This document shows positions 27,393 through 44,029 of a stretch of 64,000 bases of DNA, in pieces. Position numbers and translations under genes: made by a program. This DNA comes from the human T2T-CHM13v2.0 reference genome, Homo sapiens: assembly GCF_009914755.1 (NCBI RefSeq), contig NC_060930.1, one strand, 5' to 3'. Numbering within the stretch: position 1 is the stretch's first letter; the number at the start of each line of letters is the position of its first letter. The notes beneath the pieces were generated by a model, which was given only the letters and a program-made list of their open reading frames with translations, did no database searches and was not told the origin of the DNA.

Positions 27393-28972
27393 CAGGACCT
27401 CATTCTTGTAACAGCTCTGTGGAATAGGTAGGCTATTTATAATCCAATTAGATGTATTTATCTTTGAACTCATTAAACACAATTTATGAATACTTGTTTC
27501 AGGGATGCATTTTCTGGCAACCTCTTCAGATTCAGCTTTATGATGAATATCTGGTTACTTGTCCCCATTTGGGTTCTGTGGGGATTTGTACAGTCCAGCA
27601 TTGTGCCGATCAGTATTGGAACTGCTCATCATGTACCTACTGACTTATCACCTGCCTGCTTCCAAACACCACTGCTTCAGAATCTGCAAAGAGTAAAACA
27701 GACACAACCAAAAGAGGTGTGTTCACTTTTTGCCCTGTACATTAGATAACCACAGACTGGATATATGGTTATTTGATGGAGAAATAAAACCAAGTAGGTA
27801 CCCTAGTTCTCTTCAACCTTGACACAACAGCTTTATGTAGATGTCAACAAAAATTTTAAAAGATTCAGAAGGATCAAAAGAGTGGGACATAGAAAAGGAT
27901 CAACATTAATTTTAAAAATATACTTTATTATAAGAAAAAAATAATGTGTGGTGTACAAGCTGTAAAAGGATGAAATGTAATGCGATCTCAGAATGTATGT
28001 CAAAGATACTTCCAAAGTCAGCTAACACATCACGATTACAAAGCCCACAGGACATAACCTTTAAATCCTCTGAACAATCACAGACATGCAAGGCAGGGAC
28101 CATTTACAGAAGGACACTACGCGAAATGATGACAACCAGACCAAGGAGAGACAAGTGCTGCTGGATACGATGTCAGCTAAAGCATTAACTCTTCTACTGT
28201 CTGAATGTGGAAAGCAATTATATACGAAACAGAATTAGGGGTTAATTAGGAAGTATAAGAGCACAGCCCAGGAATATAGAAGTAAAGTCAGAAAGACCCA
28301 GAGGCAAGTACAATCAGCAAAGCTATCGAGGGCAATTGGGCATCTTTCTAGAACAACTGGTTGCATATGAAAGAAACAGAAAAATTTAGGTTCACTAATC
28401 AATGACAGGTGAAATAAACTGATCATATGCAACTGGATGGCACGTCTATTTTGTGCTTTTGAAAAGAACCTGAGAAGCCCTTGGTGGAATGCTACATATC
28501 TGGAAAACAATCTATCAATATCAATAATGAAAGCCATTCCATCAAACTTATAAACTTTATTTATATATTCCTCATGTGAAACTATGGCATCATCTCTCTG
28601 GACTTTACACAGTACGGTTTATCACTGAAATCTCACAATACGGTTCCACTGGGTTCAGCAAACAAAGGGCCTATTTTGTTTCTGGACCAGATCTCTTGCC
28701 TTCAAGTTGCTTGCTGGGGGCTAGATGTATGAAGATAATGAGGCTATGAAAGGGTGTGTACCAGGAGCCAGCGGGCCCAGAGGAAGGGCAACTGGCTCAA
28801 ACTCAAGGGCAGTCACACCCAAAGGAGAGTCAGGATAGGGCAGGGACAGGAACAGCTTTTAGCAGAGAAAGGAAAATTTTGGTAGATATTAAAAAAGGCT
28901 AATGTCGCTTTTGTTAAGTGTGTTTCTAGATAATTTATTCTAGAATAATCTAACCATTAAAACACTCCTTTG

Positions 28973-29269
<297 letters not shown>

Positions 29270-29284
29270 CTACCCCTTTGGAAG

Positions 29285-29960
29285 AGTAGTCTTAAACCTT
29301 TTTGCTCAAATTCTTCATGAAACAATTCTGAGAAAATCACATGCCCTTTGCATACTTTAAGTACAATTAACAGTATTTTATCTTACATATAAATAATTAC
29401 AAAAATGTAGTTTAGATGTAAAGACTGCAAATTCTAAATAAACATTTTAGAATCTCCTAAATATATCCAATGGATCTCAATTCATGATATGATATCCACT
29501 ATTATTAATTTTAAAAATACATGAACAAGTTCCTTTTAAAAGTCTGGACATTTTACAGCCTTCCCCTTCCTCTTTTCTGTTTGAAGTCTACTTCTATTGG
29601 ATTTTATTGTAATATATTTTGATTCTTCAAAATCTTTCATTGTTCACTCCATATACATTTCTGCAACAAAAAAATATGTATGACTTGCATGGTAACTGAA
29701 TTACATAGGCTAGTTTATTAGCTAGACCACTTAGAGGAATTTAGTATGAATGAAATGAATATGTCATCCAAGTTCACTGTTAGTTACAGAATGTTCACAT
29801 GCTCAAATTGTTCCTATGATGTTAATTCTAAAAAGTACAGTGGTCAAAGCCTGAAATACTTCCTGATGTGACTGAACATGATATTTTTTGGATATTATGT
29901 AGAAATACTTCCTTTGCTTTTCCTGTGCTATAGTTAAGCTCTTCCTTTCTTAGAGCTTAT
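29285..29960. mobile_element. Possible old hAT-type DNA transposon fragment
   Basis: agtagtcttaaacctttttg resembles hAT termini; AT-rich body; boundaries uncertain. Confidence 0.3.
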
Positions 29961-29994
29961 TTTCTCTCTGAATAATCTTTCAGAAAATCACCTG

Positions 29995-30673
<679 letters not shown>

Positions 30674-31899
30674 TGAGGTTTGGCTCTAACAATTACAGTT
30701 ATTGTTTTTTTTTAAATATCTTTAGTGTTGCTCTATTTGAATAATTTTAGTGTTATTTTTAAATAGAAATAATAATTTCACTGCTAATCCAAAAGTAAAT
30801 AAAAATCACTTTTCCAAAGATAAAAAGTAAAGGAGTTAAGGTTGAACATGTGTTCCTCTCTGAACTAGAGTTCTAATAACACCTATATTATCAAGTCTAC
30901 TTACTTTTAACAGGCTCCATTTGAGTTACTAATGCTAATGTTAATGAATAAATAAAAAGTTTACAAATAGATTCATACTTCATAGCAAAGAAAATAAGCT
31001 CATTGAATATTAATGTCATAATCAAGTTGTACAATGTATACTTTTAACTTAATCCAAAATGCCTTCACAATTTCTAACAAGTTTGCTGTAGAAACTCAGA
31101 TACATCTGGTGAAAAAAAAAAATTCCAAATTTAATTGCCTAACACTGCTTGTAATAATAAGACTGTAACAAGATACAAAGATATCAAGAAGTCAAGACTG
31201 TAGACATCTCAAAGCAGGTCAAATAACAACATATTAAAACCCCCTTTTAAAAATATGTGGAATTCTAAATAACTTATAGGCATAAAACCACTTATTATCT
31301 GCCCCCTTCCCGTGAAATTTTTGAAATCATAAGACAATGGTTTATCAATTTTTCTTTTTCTTTTTTGTATTTCCACAAGTGACAACTCAGCAACTTGTAA
31401 ATGTTTCACAATTATGCTTCAATACTTTAAAGGTAGGCTGCAAATACGAAATATTTCTTTATTATTTTCTCGCTAATCATGTCCATTGAGTGAAAGGAAT
31501 AATTGTTACCATGTGATGTTTCTTACTTCATATTTACTATAATTTGATAAGTAGATCAATATTATATTTCAAGTATTTCCATTAAGTGTGCAACACAGAT
31601 GCTCAAAAGGTGAAAGGCAATAACTTCCTAGGCATTGAAATAAAGCAATTGTCTTCTCTGTGACTCATTCTTTATAGAAACTAAAGCAGAAAGCATATGA
31701 TCAATGTTCCTGTAGTGTGAATTTTCTACCATAAAAGAAAATGCACACATTTTATATTAATGGTGGAAATCAGGTATCTGACTATCCTAGAATAGCTACC
31801 CAAATCTACCCTTTTCATAGAACCCAATAGGCATTTAATCTTAACTACAGTCATATTGAGAGGCATGGTTTTAAAATTAGGACAGCAGAGAAAGCTTAG

Positions 31900-32010
31900 A
31901 TTCTCCTGGCGCTAAAGGGTGAATTATTTCTACCAGGGGCCCAGAGAAAGGGACTGACTTCCCAAGGAAAGGAAGCTTCATGCATGGGGAATCCGATCCC
32001 CGCCACCTCC
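31900..32010 (-). mobile_element. MIR fragment
   Basis: ggcccagagaaagggactgacttcccaagg is the antisense MIR core, followed by a B-box-like gggaatccgatccc. Confidence 0.55.
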
Positions 32011-33614
32011 TACATACAAGAGGGTCACAGAATATTGGTGCAGAAAGACACTATACTAGTTCCGGGTTTCAGACACACGTGACCTTCAAGAAATGCAGGG
32101 CTCCTCCCAAGTCTAAATAGTTATCAAAAATCTAACTTTAGGAAATGTTAGTGAACTAGTTCTAGTAACTAAAAATAAACGAACCATTAAAGCATGCTTT
32201 CTTTTATGCTACTACAGTATTTGTGTTAATTTAAACTTGATTTTTTCTCTTAACCTCTATGGAAATGGACAAAAGATACAATGTTACCTTATATTTATAT
32301 GAAATGTACGAAAGTTAGGCAATGCTTCCTTATTTTTTTAGAATATGTGGAAAAAAATAAACAGGGCTACTAGGCATTTTCTCCTAGGCCAAACCTGGCA
32401 AGTCGTCTATTTTCCTATTCTCCAGGATAATTTAACAGACTTTAAACTTTTCTACTATTTTAGATGTATTTTACGAGGTGGAATTAAAAATGAACATTGA
32501 AAATGGCATAACTGTTTCATATCCTTAAATATTTTTCCCAACTCTTCTTTGAAATGGTTAATTATGCACATAAAGAATAGTTTTGATTCACAGATTTGAC
32601 TCTGCTGTGATTATATATTTGAAGACCTTTCTTATTATGTGTCTATATTGTATGAATTTTGCTTGTAATACAGTAAATACAGTTTTGTCTAATTGTTTCA
32701 TGCCTAATGTTTCTGACACGCTATTTATCTGTTTTGAAATGCACCCTCCAATCTTGATTCTTACTCCCAACAGACCTAGATTGAACTTTTATCATATACA
32801 ATTTTACTCTGCACAATCTTGATCACTATTCAGTAATATGTGGCAATGTTAAACTCCATAATAACAAACCAGGGCCTGGTCCCCCACAGGGTGACTTCCA
32901 CTAAGTCCTTTCAGGTTACAAAGGAACTGTCATTATTCCTGTGATTATAGGTAAAAATAACCTGCAATAGAATTCATTCCTAGATAATGACTAGTATTAT
33001 TTTACAACTGTCTCTTTTCATCCAGACATAATTTTCATCTAGAATTATAATATATTGAGCATTTTCAATGGTATTTTACAAAAAACAAGTTTTTATCTGA
33101 ATTAAAATTAACGAGCCTTTATCTGAGTTAAAATAGAATCACGATGGAAATGAATTCATTTCACTGTGAATTAACCAACATCCACTGAGATCAAAATCAC
33201 CATCTGTGTTGCCAAAGGAAGTGTAATATTTGTGCATCAGCATTTTCATTTTAAATTTTAACTTTCTTATAAATTTCTGAGAAATTGTTTTAATCATATC
33301 ATGGAAGTCTACTATTTGAAGTAACAAATATATGGGCCCCTTCAGGAAAAAATAGGCTCCTATGCAATCGTTTTTATTTCTTAATCTACTGAAAGAAAAA
33401 ATCTTGAGTTTCCAGATTTTTATTCATTTATATACTATTTCAACCAGCCATTCAACAATATTTGATCTGAGGGTCTAGTACATGCCAGGCACTCACAACT
33501 GTGAATACAGAAGTGAAAAACACAGAAAAATTGCTCCTCATGGAGCTTACATTTTAGAGGAGCTTTTGGAAGATGAAAAAGATAATAATAGCAAGTAAAT
33601 AATAATTAGTTCTA

Positions 33615-33974
<360 letters not shown>

Positions 33975-35654
33975 GCAATTGCAGAATAATTAAATGATTA
34001 AATATTAAATGATTAAATGCAGGCCAAAGGACTAATCATGTGCCCTTCCCTCCAGACAAATTACAGTACGTTCAAGAATGTAGGTATCACTCCTTCCCTT
34101 TCTACTCCTATACTGAAAGAGCTTTGCAAGTTTCACATATTATTTTATGAGGTCCCAGTATACATCCTAAAAATGTAAAAATCTTTTCCAGTTTCCATTT
34201 CTGGACATATGATCAATTAAACTGTAATCCTTCCTGCTACAAAACACCAGAAAAGCTGGCTCGGTGATAAGAAGCATTTTCAAATGTTGAAGTCATTTAT
34301 AAAAAGAAATCCCCAGGCAGTTAAGAAACAATGAGTGGACACAAAATAAGAGCTAACCCAGAAGATAATGACACTTCCCCTAAATTGGCTAGTCCCGGCA
34401 ACCAGTAGGCTTGAAAGCTGTGCCCTCAAAAGGCTGTGGCCTTGATGGTGGACCAGGAAAGTCCACCCGACCTCACAAGCAGGACAGGTTGAATTTGCGT
34501 GTCTTTTGTCCAGAATCTGGGCAAGAAAAATGTCTTTCCAGATAACAGAATGGGGTTCAAATTGACATACTTTCAGGTCCAGACATCCTTAAACAGAAAA
34601 AATAACAACAACAACAACAACAAAAAGCAGTCTCAACCAAATAATACGCCCGGCAGAGGCAAACTCGAAAGCATGCTGGAGAAAGATCCTGTCAAGGCAG
34701 GCTGCGTGGGTTATTCAGTGACAGAGCCCAGGTGAAGATGGGCTCACAAGTGAAAACGTCAGGGTACACGACAGCACACGTGGCCATTCTTCCCGAAGAT
34801 GTCAATCAGAATATGGGCAGAACTCTGTCAGCGTAAATATGAAGCAGAATTCACGCTCACTGTTTTATGCTTGATGCCTAATTTCAACCATCAACAACAA
34901 TAGTAACAACAAAACAGAAATGATGAAAAGTCTTCTAGAATATTTACAAAGCATATACTTCACTAGTTTCTAAAGGTGGAAATCCTAAGAGTCCTAAAAT
35001 TATTAATTCAGTTAATAAATTCATCCTTGAAGAAACCATGTATCCAAATACCAGGCCAGGTAACAACCAATTTTTAAAATCTATTTTTAATTGATGTTTC
35101 ATTTATGTACAGCAAAATGTACAATTCCTAAGTGTTCAGCCTAATAATCTTTTATACATTTATATACCCATCTCATCCCAACACAGATCAAGATGAATGC
35201 TTTCATCACCCCAATAGCTTCCTTGTGCCTCTTTCCAGTAACAGCGTTCCCTAACTCTCAGCAGTAACCCCTTTCCTGACTTCTATCACCAAAACGTGGT
35301 GTGGCCTATTCCTTAACTTCATGCCATCACGTGGTATACTCGTGTTCAGTTCCTTTCAACCAGCATAAGGTTTTGAGTTCAACCATATTATTGTACATAT
35401 CAGTAGTTTATTTTTTAATTACAGACTAATAACCCATGATTTGATTGTGCCACAAATTGTTTATTCTTTCTTTTGTTAATGGACATATGAGATGTTTCCA
35501 ATTTGGGGCTATGATGAATAAAGAAGATGTGAACATTTTTGTACAAGTCTTTTTGTGGACATACATACTTACATCTCTTAAGTGTATACGTAAGAGTACT
35601 AAGTCAGATCCCATACCCCAAAACGCTGTTCTGATTTATTTTAATCACAGATGG

Positions 35655-36056
35655 TGATGTGGTTTGGATCCGTGTGATTTGGATCACCCAAATCTCATGT
35701 TGAAATGTAATCCCCAATTTTGGAAGTGGGGCCAGATGGGAGGTGCATAGATCATGGGGGCAGTTTCTAATGGTTTAGCACCATCCTCTCAGTGTTGTTC
35801 TCATGATAGTGAGTGAGTTATCGTGAGATCTCATTGTTTAAAAGTGTGTAGCCCCTCCCCCTTCTCACTCTTCCTCCTGCTATGGCCATTTAAGATGCAC
35901 CTGCTTCCCCTTCGCCTTCCACCATAATTGTAAGTTTCCTGAGGCCTCCCAAGAAAGAGAAGCCTCTATGCTTCCTGTACAACTTGCAGAACCATTTCTT
36001 TATAAATTACCCAGTATCAGACATTTCTTTATAGTAGCGTAAGAATGGATAACATA
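35655..36056 (+). mobile_element. MaLR solo LTR (MSTA/THE1D-like)
   Basis: tgatgtggtttgg..cccaaatctcatgttgaaatgtaatcccc; ttgtaagtttcctgaggcctccc; ttataaattacccagt. Confidence 0.92.
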
Positions 36057-36061
36057 GCTAG

Positions 36062-36456
36062 TATCTTAGTACATTTTCTGTTGCCATAACACAATACCGC
36101 AGACTGGGTAAATTATAAATTACAGAAGTTTATTGGGCTCCCAGTTCTAGAAGCTGAGAAGTCCAAGAACAAGGCAACGGCACCTGGTGAGGGCCTTTTT
36201 GCTGCATCATAAGATGGTGAAGGGCACACATGTCAAGAGGGCAAAAGCATGCGCGTCAGCTTGGGCCTCTCTTCTTCTAAAGCCGCCAGTCCCATCATAG
36301 TGGCCCCACCCCGATGACCTTATCTAATCCTAATTACCCTCCCAAAGGTCCCACCTACAGTCAATATATGAATTTGGGGATTTGGTTTCCAAAACATGAA
36401 CTTTTGAATGGGGGATTGAATGGGGGTTGAATGGGGGACACATTCAAACCACGGTA
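36062..36456 (-). mobile_element. MaLR solo LTR (MSTB/MSTD-like)
   Basis: tatcttagt..gccataacacaataccgcagactgggtaa..gaagtccaaga..gggggacacattcaaaccacggta. Confidence 0.88.
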
Positions 36457-36769
36457 AATGGGTTTTGTTTTAGAAATTCATATGTATAAAAGTATAAAGT
36501 ATGTAATATTTGTTTAAGGCTTCTCTTACTCCGCATGATGATTTCTGAGGTTCATCCATTGTTGTGTGTATAATTAGTTCGTTCCTCTATCTTGCTGCTG
36601 ATGGGCAGTCTTGCACAAGTACTTCCGTGGACATATGTTTTCGTTTCTTTTAGGTTAGAGAGGGGCCATGTTTCCCTTTCCTCGAACCCTCTTCCCAACT
36701 TTCTCTCATAAGACAATGAATTTAAAATGTTTTCTGAAGTATAGCTAGGATCTTATATAAAAAACAATT

Positions 36770-36860
36770 GTACTTTTCATATATGAGCAGTACATTTTTA
36801 TATATGAGGAGTACATTTTTATATATGAGGAGTACATTTTTATATATGAGGAGTATATTT
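36770..36860. repeat. 21-bp minisatellite (gtacatttttatatatgagga), ~4.4 copies
   Basis: Three identical copies at 36790-36852 plus degenerate flanking copies. Confidence 0.93.
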
Positions 36861-37049
36861 AAAGGGTGAATGCTCAGAAAATGTTAATAAGACACCCCTA
36901 GATTTTACTATACATATTGCATATTTATCAGATTTTCAGGGAAGAATTGTGATTCCATCAGTGTCATTTATGAATTTATCGTATCTTTAACAAACTGCAA
37001 GTTTTGACAAGGCAGTGTTCCAATCTATCATGTGTTTTCTCACCTGAAG

Positions 37050-37790
37050 ACTCATTTATTCAACAAATATTTATCAAACATCTATTTTGTGCCAAGGATT
37101 GGGAGTACAGGAACACACAAACTATTCACTCTGTAGTTGAAGAGCAGAGGGTGTGGTACAGCTAATACAGCAGGCAGTCACATACATCCCCATGTCATAA
37201 ATGCTAGGACGGGTATCCCCGCATGGTGCCCAGGGAGCCTGCAGGAGAGAGCACCTCCGCGTAGTCCCAAAGAGTCAGAAAAGAATCCAGGGAGAAACAA
37301 CCTCTGGGAGCACCCTGGGTCCTAAAGGCTTTAGCCAGATGAGGTGGCGTTGAGAGGGAGAGAAGAGAGAAGAGAAGGCAGGTAAGGGTTGTGGGATGGA
37401 CAAGGCAGAATGTTTCAGGCAAACAGAGTGTCATGAATTAAAAGCTGGGAAGCAAGGGGAGGCATCAAGTCAGTAGGAGTGGAGAGCAGCATTGAAGGTG
37501 AGGGTAATGAGGGGAGGCCACAGAGGTGGGTGAAGCCAGAACACTGTGTCTTGCATGTGGTTTTGGAGAATTAAGAGTTTGTTGTGAAGGCTCCAAAGAG
37601 CCACTGAGGAGTTGGGGCAGCCCAAATGTGTGATTTGGAATCATCATTCTCACTGCAGTGGGGACACAGAGCGGTGTGGGACAAAGCAGGAACAAAAAGA
37701 CACAAAGACACATTAAGAGTCCATTGTAGGTATCTGGGTTAGAGAAGTTGTTGGTCCTGAGCTATCATAGAAGTGGGCTAGAAAGTGAAA
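37050..37790 (-). mobile_element. L2 LINE 3' fragment
   Basis: cattta-ttcaacaaatatttat..tgtgccaagg tail, then purine-rich antisense L2 body. Confidence 0.7.
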
Positions 37791-38475
37791 ACCCATGTCT
37801 ATTCCTTTACCTGTCTTCTACAACATTTTCACATGCAAACAAACTAAAATGTATTTAATCATAAGAAAATCAGGTAAGCTCTTTTCAAAATTAAAATATA
37901 AGCCTCAAAGCACCAATGGGTCTCAAAAGCAGAGAGTGGCCTTTTAGAAAGCAATGGGGGAACAAAGTTCGCAGCTAAATTGGTGTTCTTGGCTTGGCGA
38001 TGCAGAAAGTAAGAGGCTGCAGGACGGCAACCATACTAAGTGTGTCACATCCTCTCCGCCTGGGGTTCTTGGCTGACATTACCCATCACAAGGACCGCAC
38101 AGGGTTGGTCCAACTCCCAAACCCCAGAAGCTCCAGGATGCATTGCTATTATGCCAACTTTTAGTTTTCACACAAAACAAAGGATTTTTTCTTTTGGTTC
38201 GTGGGGTGTTTCTTATGAATGAATTGTGTATAACTCAGGGAAGAGTTCCCTATCTGAGTATATTACTGTTGAGTGACAGATTTCTCAGTTGTGAATTATT
38301 AAGGTTGCAGAGATACCTCTAAAAGTGGCAGGTAACAACTAAAAAACAACAGTCTGCGAATTCCTACAAATTTTGCTACTAAATGACATCAGCTGGAGCC
38401 ATAGTCCTCAGGCCTTAACTACCAAAAAAGTTGAGGAAATACATACTCGCTTTCTCTTCAGCTTTTCCCCTAAGC

Positions 38476-38694
38476 CAGAGGTTGGCAAACTACAGCCTAC
38501 AAACCAGATGCAGCCTGCTATTGGTTTCTGTAGAGCTGTGCTGGAACCCAGTCCCACCCGTTCATTTACATGTTGTCTTTGACTGCCTTTGCATGAGAGC
38601 ATCTGACCTGAGTAGATGGGACAAAGAACCTTACGGCCCCCAAAGCTGAAAATATTTACCACGTATCCCTTACCAAAACACATGCAGGTCCCTG
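38476..38694 (+). mobile_element. MER58A-like hAT-Charlie MITE
   Basis: cagaggttggcaaactacagcc...aaaatatttac...ccctg termini; 8-bp TSD ccctaagc / ctctaagc. Confidence 0.85.
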
Positions 38695-41291
38695 CTCTAA
38701 GCGATGCTGAAAAATAACATCTAAAGTATCCTGTTTTCTAAATTTACTGAAACGAATAACAATGATCAAACATTGAAATTGCAAAAGAAAAGTTTTAAAT
38801 TCCCCAAAGCAACTTCCCATATCTTCTTTTTACTGAGATGTATAAAATTCATGAGCTGCTTGAGAGAGTAGAGCACGCTGGAAACCACCCGCACGTGCCA
38901 TCCACAGATGGGAAGGGCTGTCACATTTCTGAAAGGGATCCTGCGGAAGCTGATTAAACTGTTAGAAAACCATTTAAGGGAGATCTGCCAGACCCCACCA
39001 ACAGACTCAGATTTTAGAGGACAGATATTTCAGAGGAGTTTCATGAGGCATTTAAAAGAAGTTCAGATCCTTAACACTGCGAGGATGGATACCAAGCAGA
39101 GGCTCACGAACACTTTTCAGCAGAGTTATTAACCAAGTCAACACCTCCCTCTGTTGCCTGACTTGAATGCAGAGACAGGTGTGTGAGTTCGACCTGAGGA
39201 CCACACTGCACCGCAGCAATTGCACCTGTCTGACCACAGCAACCTTTCCTCTCTTAACAGTAAAGCTTCATGTACTCCTTGTACATGGCAAGTACCTGCT
39301 TTCATAAATCAGGGCAAGAAATGGCAAATCTATCTTAATTTCCACCTCAAAAAGAATCACTGAGCACCGTTTTAAAGGGTCTCAGCACTGATCCCCTTGG
39401 GTATTCTCTGAGGCACCTGTGGTAATCCTTATTTGTTTCGCAGCCTGTGCTGAATGAAAACCATCCAAGTCAAATACCTTGCTTTCCCCTGTAGCTTCCC
39501 CCACTCAGTTTGCCTTCCAGGGCTAAGACAGCATGAAGCACAGAATATTGATTGGAAAAGCACTGCAGACTCTTCGTAAAGCCAGCCAAATTATCATCTA
39601 CCATATATGTTCCCACATGTAATAAGAAACCTGATTGATTCATAAATTTTAGAGCATATTTCTAGAAATTAACAAAATAAAATCTTTTCTGGGTCCATGT
39701 TTTTCCCCCACACTCATCCCCTACATATGAAGTCTCTGGTGTGTCAGCTCGTGTGTGACAGACAAACAATAGCCTTTTCCCCACAGGCCCTGTTTCTTTC
39801 TCTCTCCTTTTTTTTTTTTTTTTTTTAACTTAGACCCTGCCATTCATTTTCACCTCTGACAGTAAAACCCCAGGACAAGATTGTCACAAAAAGGATTATC
39901 TTTCAGATCAATGGTGAAATTGATTTGAAACCCCACTATTTATCAGCCTCCAGCAAAAGTGCAACTGGTTAGGAAATATGTCCTTTCACACTCATGTTAT
40001 GCTCAGTTCACCCAGGCAGCACTTCACTTCATTTCACATAAATGCAATAACCTGGCCTTTTACTTAAAATTAAGTCATTTTCCACATAGATTTCTATTTT
40101 TTTGTGAGAATATATGCAAAATGAGGATTCATACTCCAAAATTACTTGCATGTATTTCTAATCATAAAGTATATATCACTTGCCAAAAGTGATCTTTTCA
40201 TTATCCTTTTATAGGTGATAGAGAATCCTTTACTTCTAGCTTAATATAATAGACCAGGTATAGATGATTTTTTCAGTTAAATTTTCTAACCCTGAATATG
40301 AAGGCTAAAATATAGACTAAATGGAAAGCTCCAGTAAGAATAGAGAAGATTAACTAACTACTTTCATCCTACTTCTCAATATATTTTTGGTCTCCCACAT
40401 TGATTCCCATATTAATTCCCTTACCCCAAAACCCAAGAGAAAATTTATTCAAATTACTGACAATGTTACTTGCCTAAGAGTTATTTTAACCACAGAGTCC
40501 AATAGCAGTGAAATTTTATCAATATCAACTAGGTAAAATAAACCCAGAAAACCCAGGGTATCAATTCCTTGGTATAATTTAAATAAATTAATTTAAAACT
40601 AAAATTCTAGTCTGTCTATTCAGTAATTCAAAACACCCTAAGAACTCAAAATACTAAAGACAACTGTGTAAGTGATTTTTAATAGGTTGATATAATTCAT
40701 TAAGAAACCAATTACCACAGGTAAAAGTTAAAGAAACAGTGTAAGAGCTCTTTTAGCAAGAAATGTTTACCTGTATACTTATATAGACATATATGTGAAG
40801 TACTAGGGTAATGATTTATTATACCCAAACAGCAAATAAACAGCTAAAAAGAAAACAAATATGTCAAAATGATATATTCATATCACGTGGCCTTGTACAA
40901 ACATTTTACAATGTCTAGTGTACAAATTTTAAGTTCCTTAAGCCAGAAATAAAAGTAGACAAAAATTTGCCAATGGCTTCTATTTTAAGTATTCATATTT
41001 AAGCCAACTATTTAGACTAATATGTATTTTCTCATAAAATTTGACTATATTCAGTGACAAAAATTTTATGTAACCAAAATGCCACTGAATTCAAATGCAG
41101 AGATTCAAAGTTTATTGTTAATCTTAGATTCCAAGGCCATACAGCAAAACCTTTCATCCAAGATTAGATTTGCATTTAAAAAGATCAATTTGCCTACAAT
41201 GAACAGAATGTTTGAAGAAGAAGCAAAATAGATGTGAACAAACAAATTCGTAGATTAACCACTCTATCATCTTTTGCCTCTCACTGAATTA

Positions 41292-41664
41292 CAGATGCTC
41301 CTTAACCTATGATAGGGTTACATCCCAATAAACCCAATAAACAAATTTAAAATACCCTAAGTTGAAAGTGAATTTAATACACATAACTTACAAAATATTA
41401 TAGCTTAGCACAGCCTACCTTAAACATGCTTAGAGCGCTTAGATTATAGCCCACAGTTGGTCAAAATTATCTCACACAAATCCTATCTTATAATAAAGTA
41501 TTGAATATCTTATGTAATTTATTGAATACGATATTGAAAGTGAAAAACAGGATGGCTGTATGGGTACTTGAAGTAACGTTTGAACTGAAAGTGTATTGCT
41601 TTCACACCATTGAGAGGTCATAAACTTGTTAAGTCAAACCATTGTAAAAGCCAGGGACTGTCTG
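41292..41664 (+). mobile_element. MER47A-like (TcMar-Tigger) non-autonomous DNA transposon
   Basis: cagatgctcc...gggactgtctg inverted termini with TA TSD on both sides; internal tagcttagc..gcctaccttaaa motif. Confidence 0.85.
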
Positions 41665-41669
41665 TAGTT

Positions 41670-43900
<2,231 letters not shown>

Positions 43901-43975
43901 GGAAGTCTCAGTAGAAAAATCATTCAAAACATGTGTGGGTGGTCAGAAGAGAGTACACAGCCCTTTAGGACTGAA

Positions 43976-44029
43976 GGGACAGGAGGGTATCTACTGGGGC
44001 ATGGGACAGGAGGGTATCTACTGGGGCAT
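43976..44029. repeat. Perfect 27-bp tandem duplication gggacaggagggtatctactggggcat x2
   Basis: Direct reading. Confidence 0.95.

Larger units (their letters stand above)
35080..36670 (-). mobile_element. Old L1M (L1MC/ME-like) 3' fragment interrupted by two MaLR LTRs
   Basis: Antisense L1 3' motifs (gtttccaatttggggctatgatgaataaa; gaggttcatccattgttgtgtgta). Confidence 0.7.

Noticed and set aside
31975-32010. tRNA-Ala-like 3' half (gcttcatgcat..tccgatccccgccacctcc)
   Set aside because: It follows an antisense MIR core at the position of the MIR tRNA-derived B-box, and there is no cloverleaf or proper D-arm
36770-36860. CRISPR-like array
   Set aside because: Head-to-tail repeats with no unique spacers, in a primate context with no cas genes
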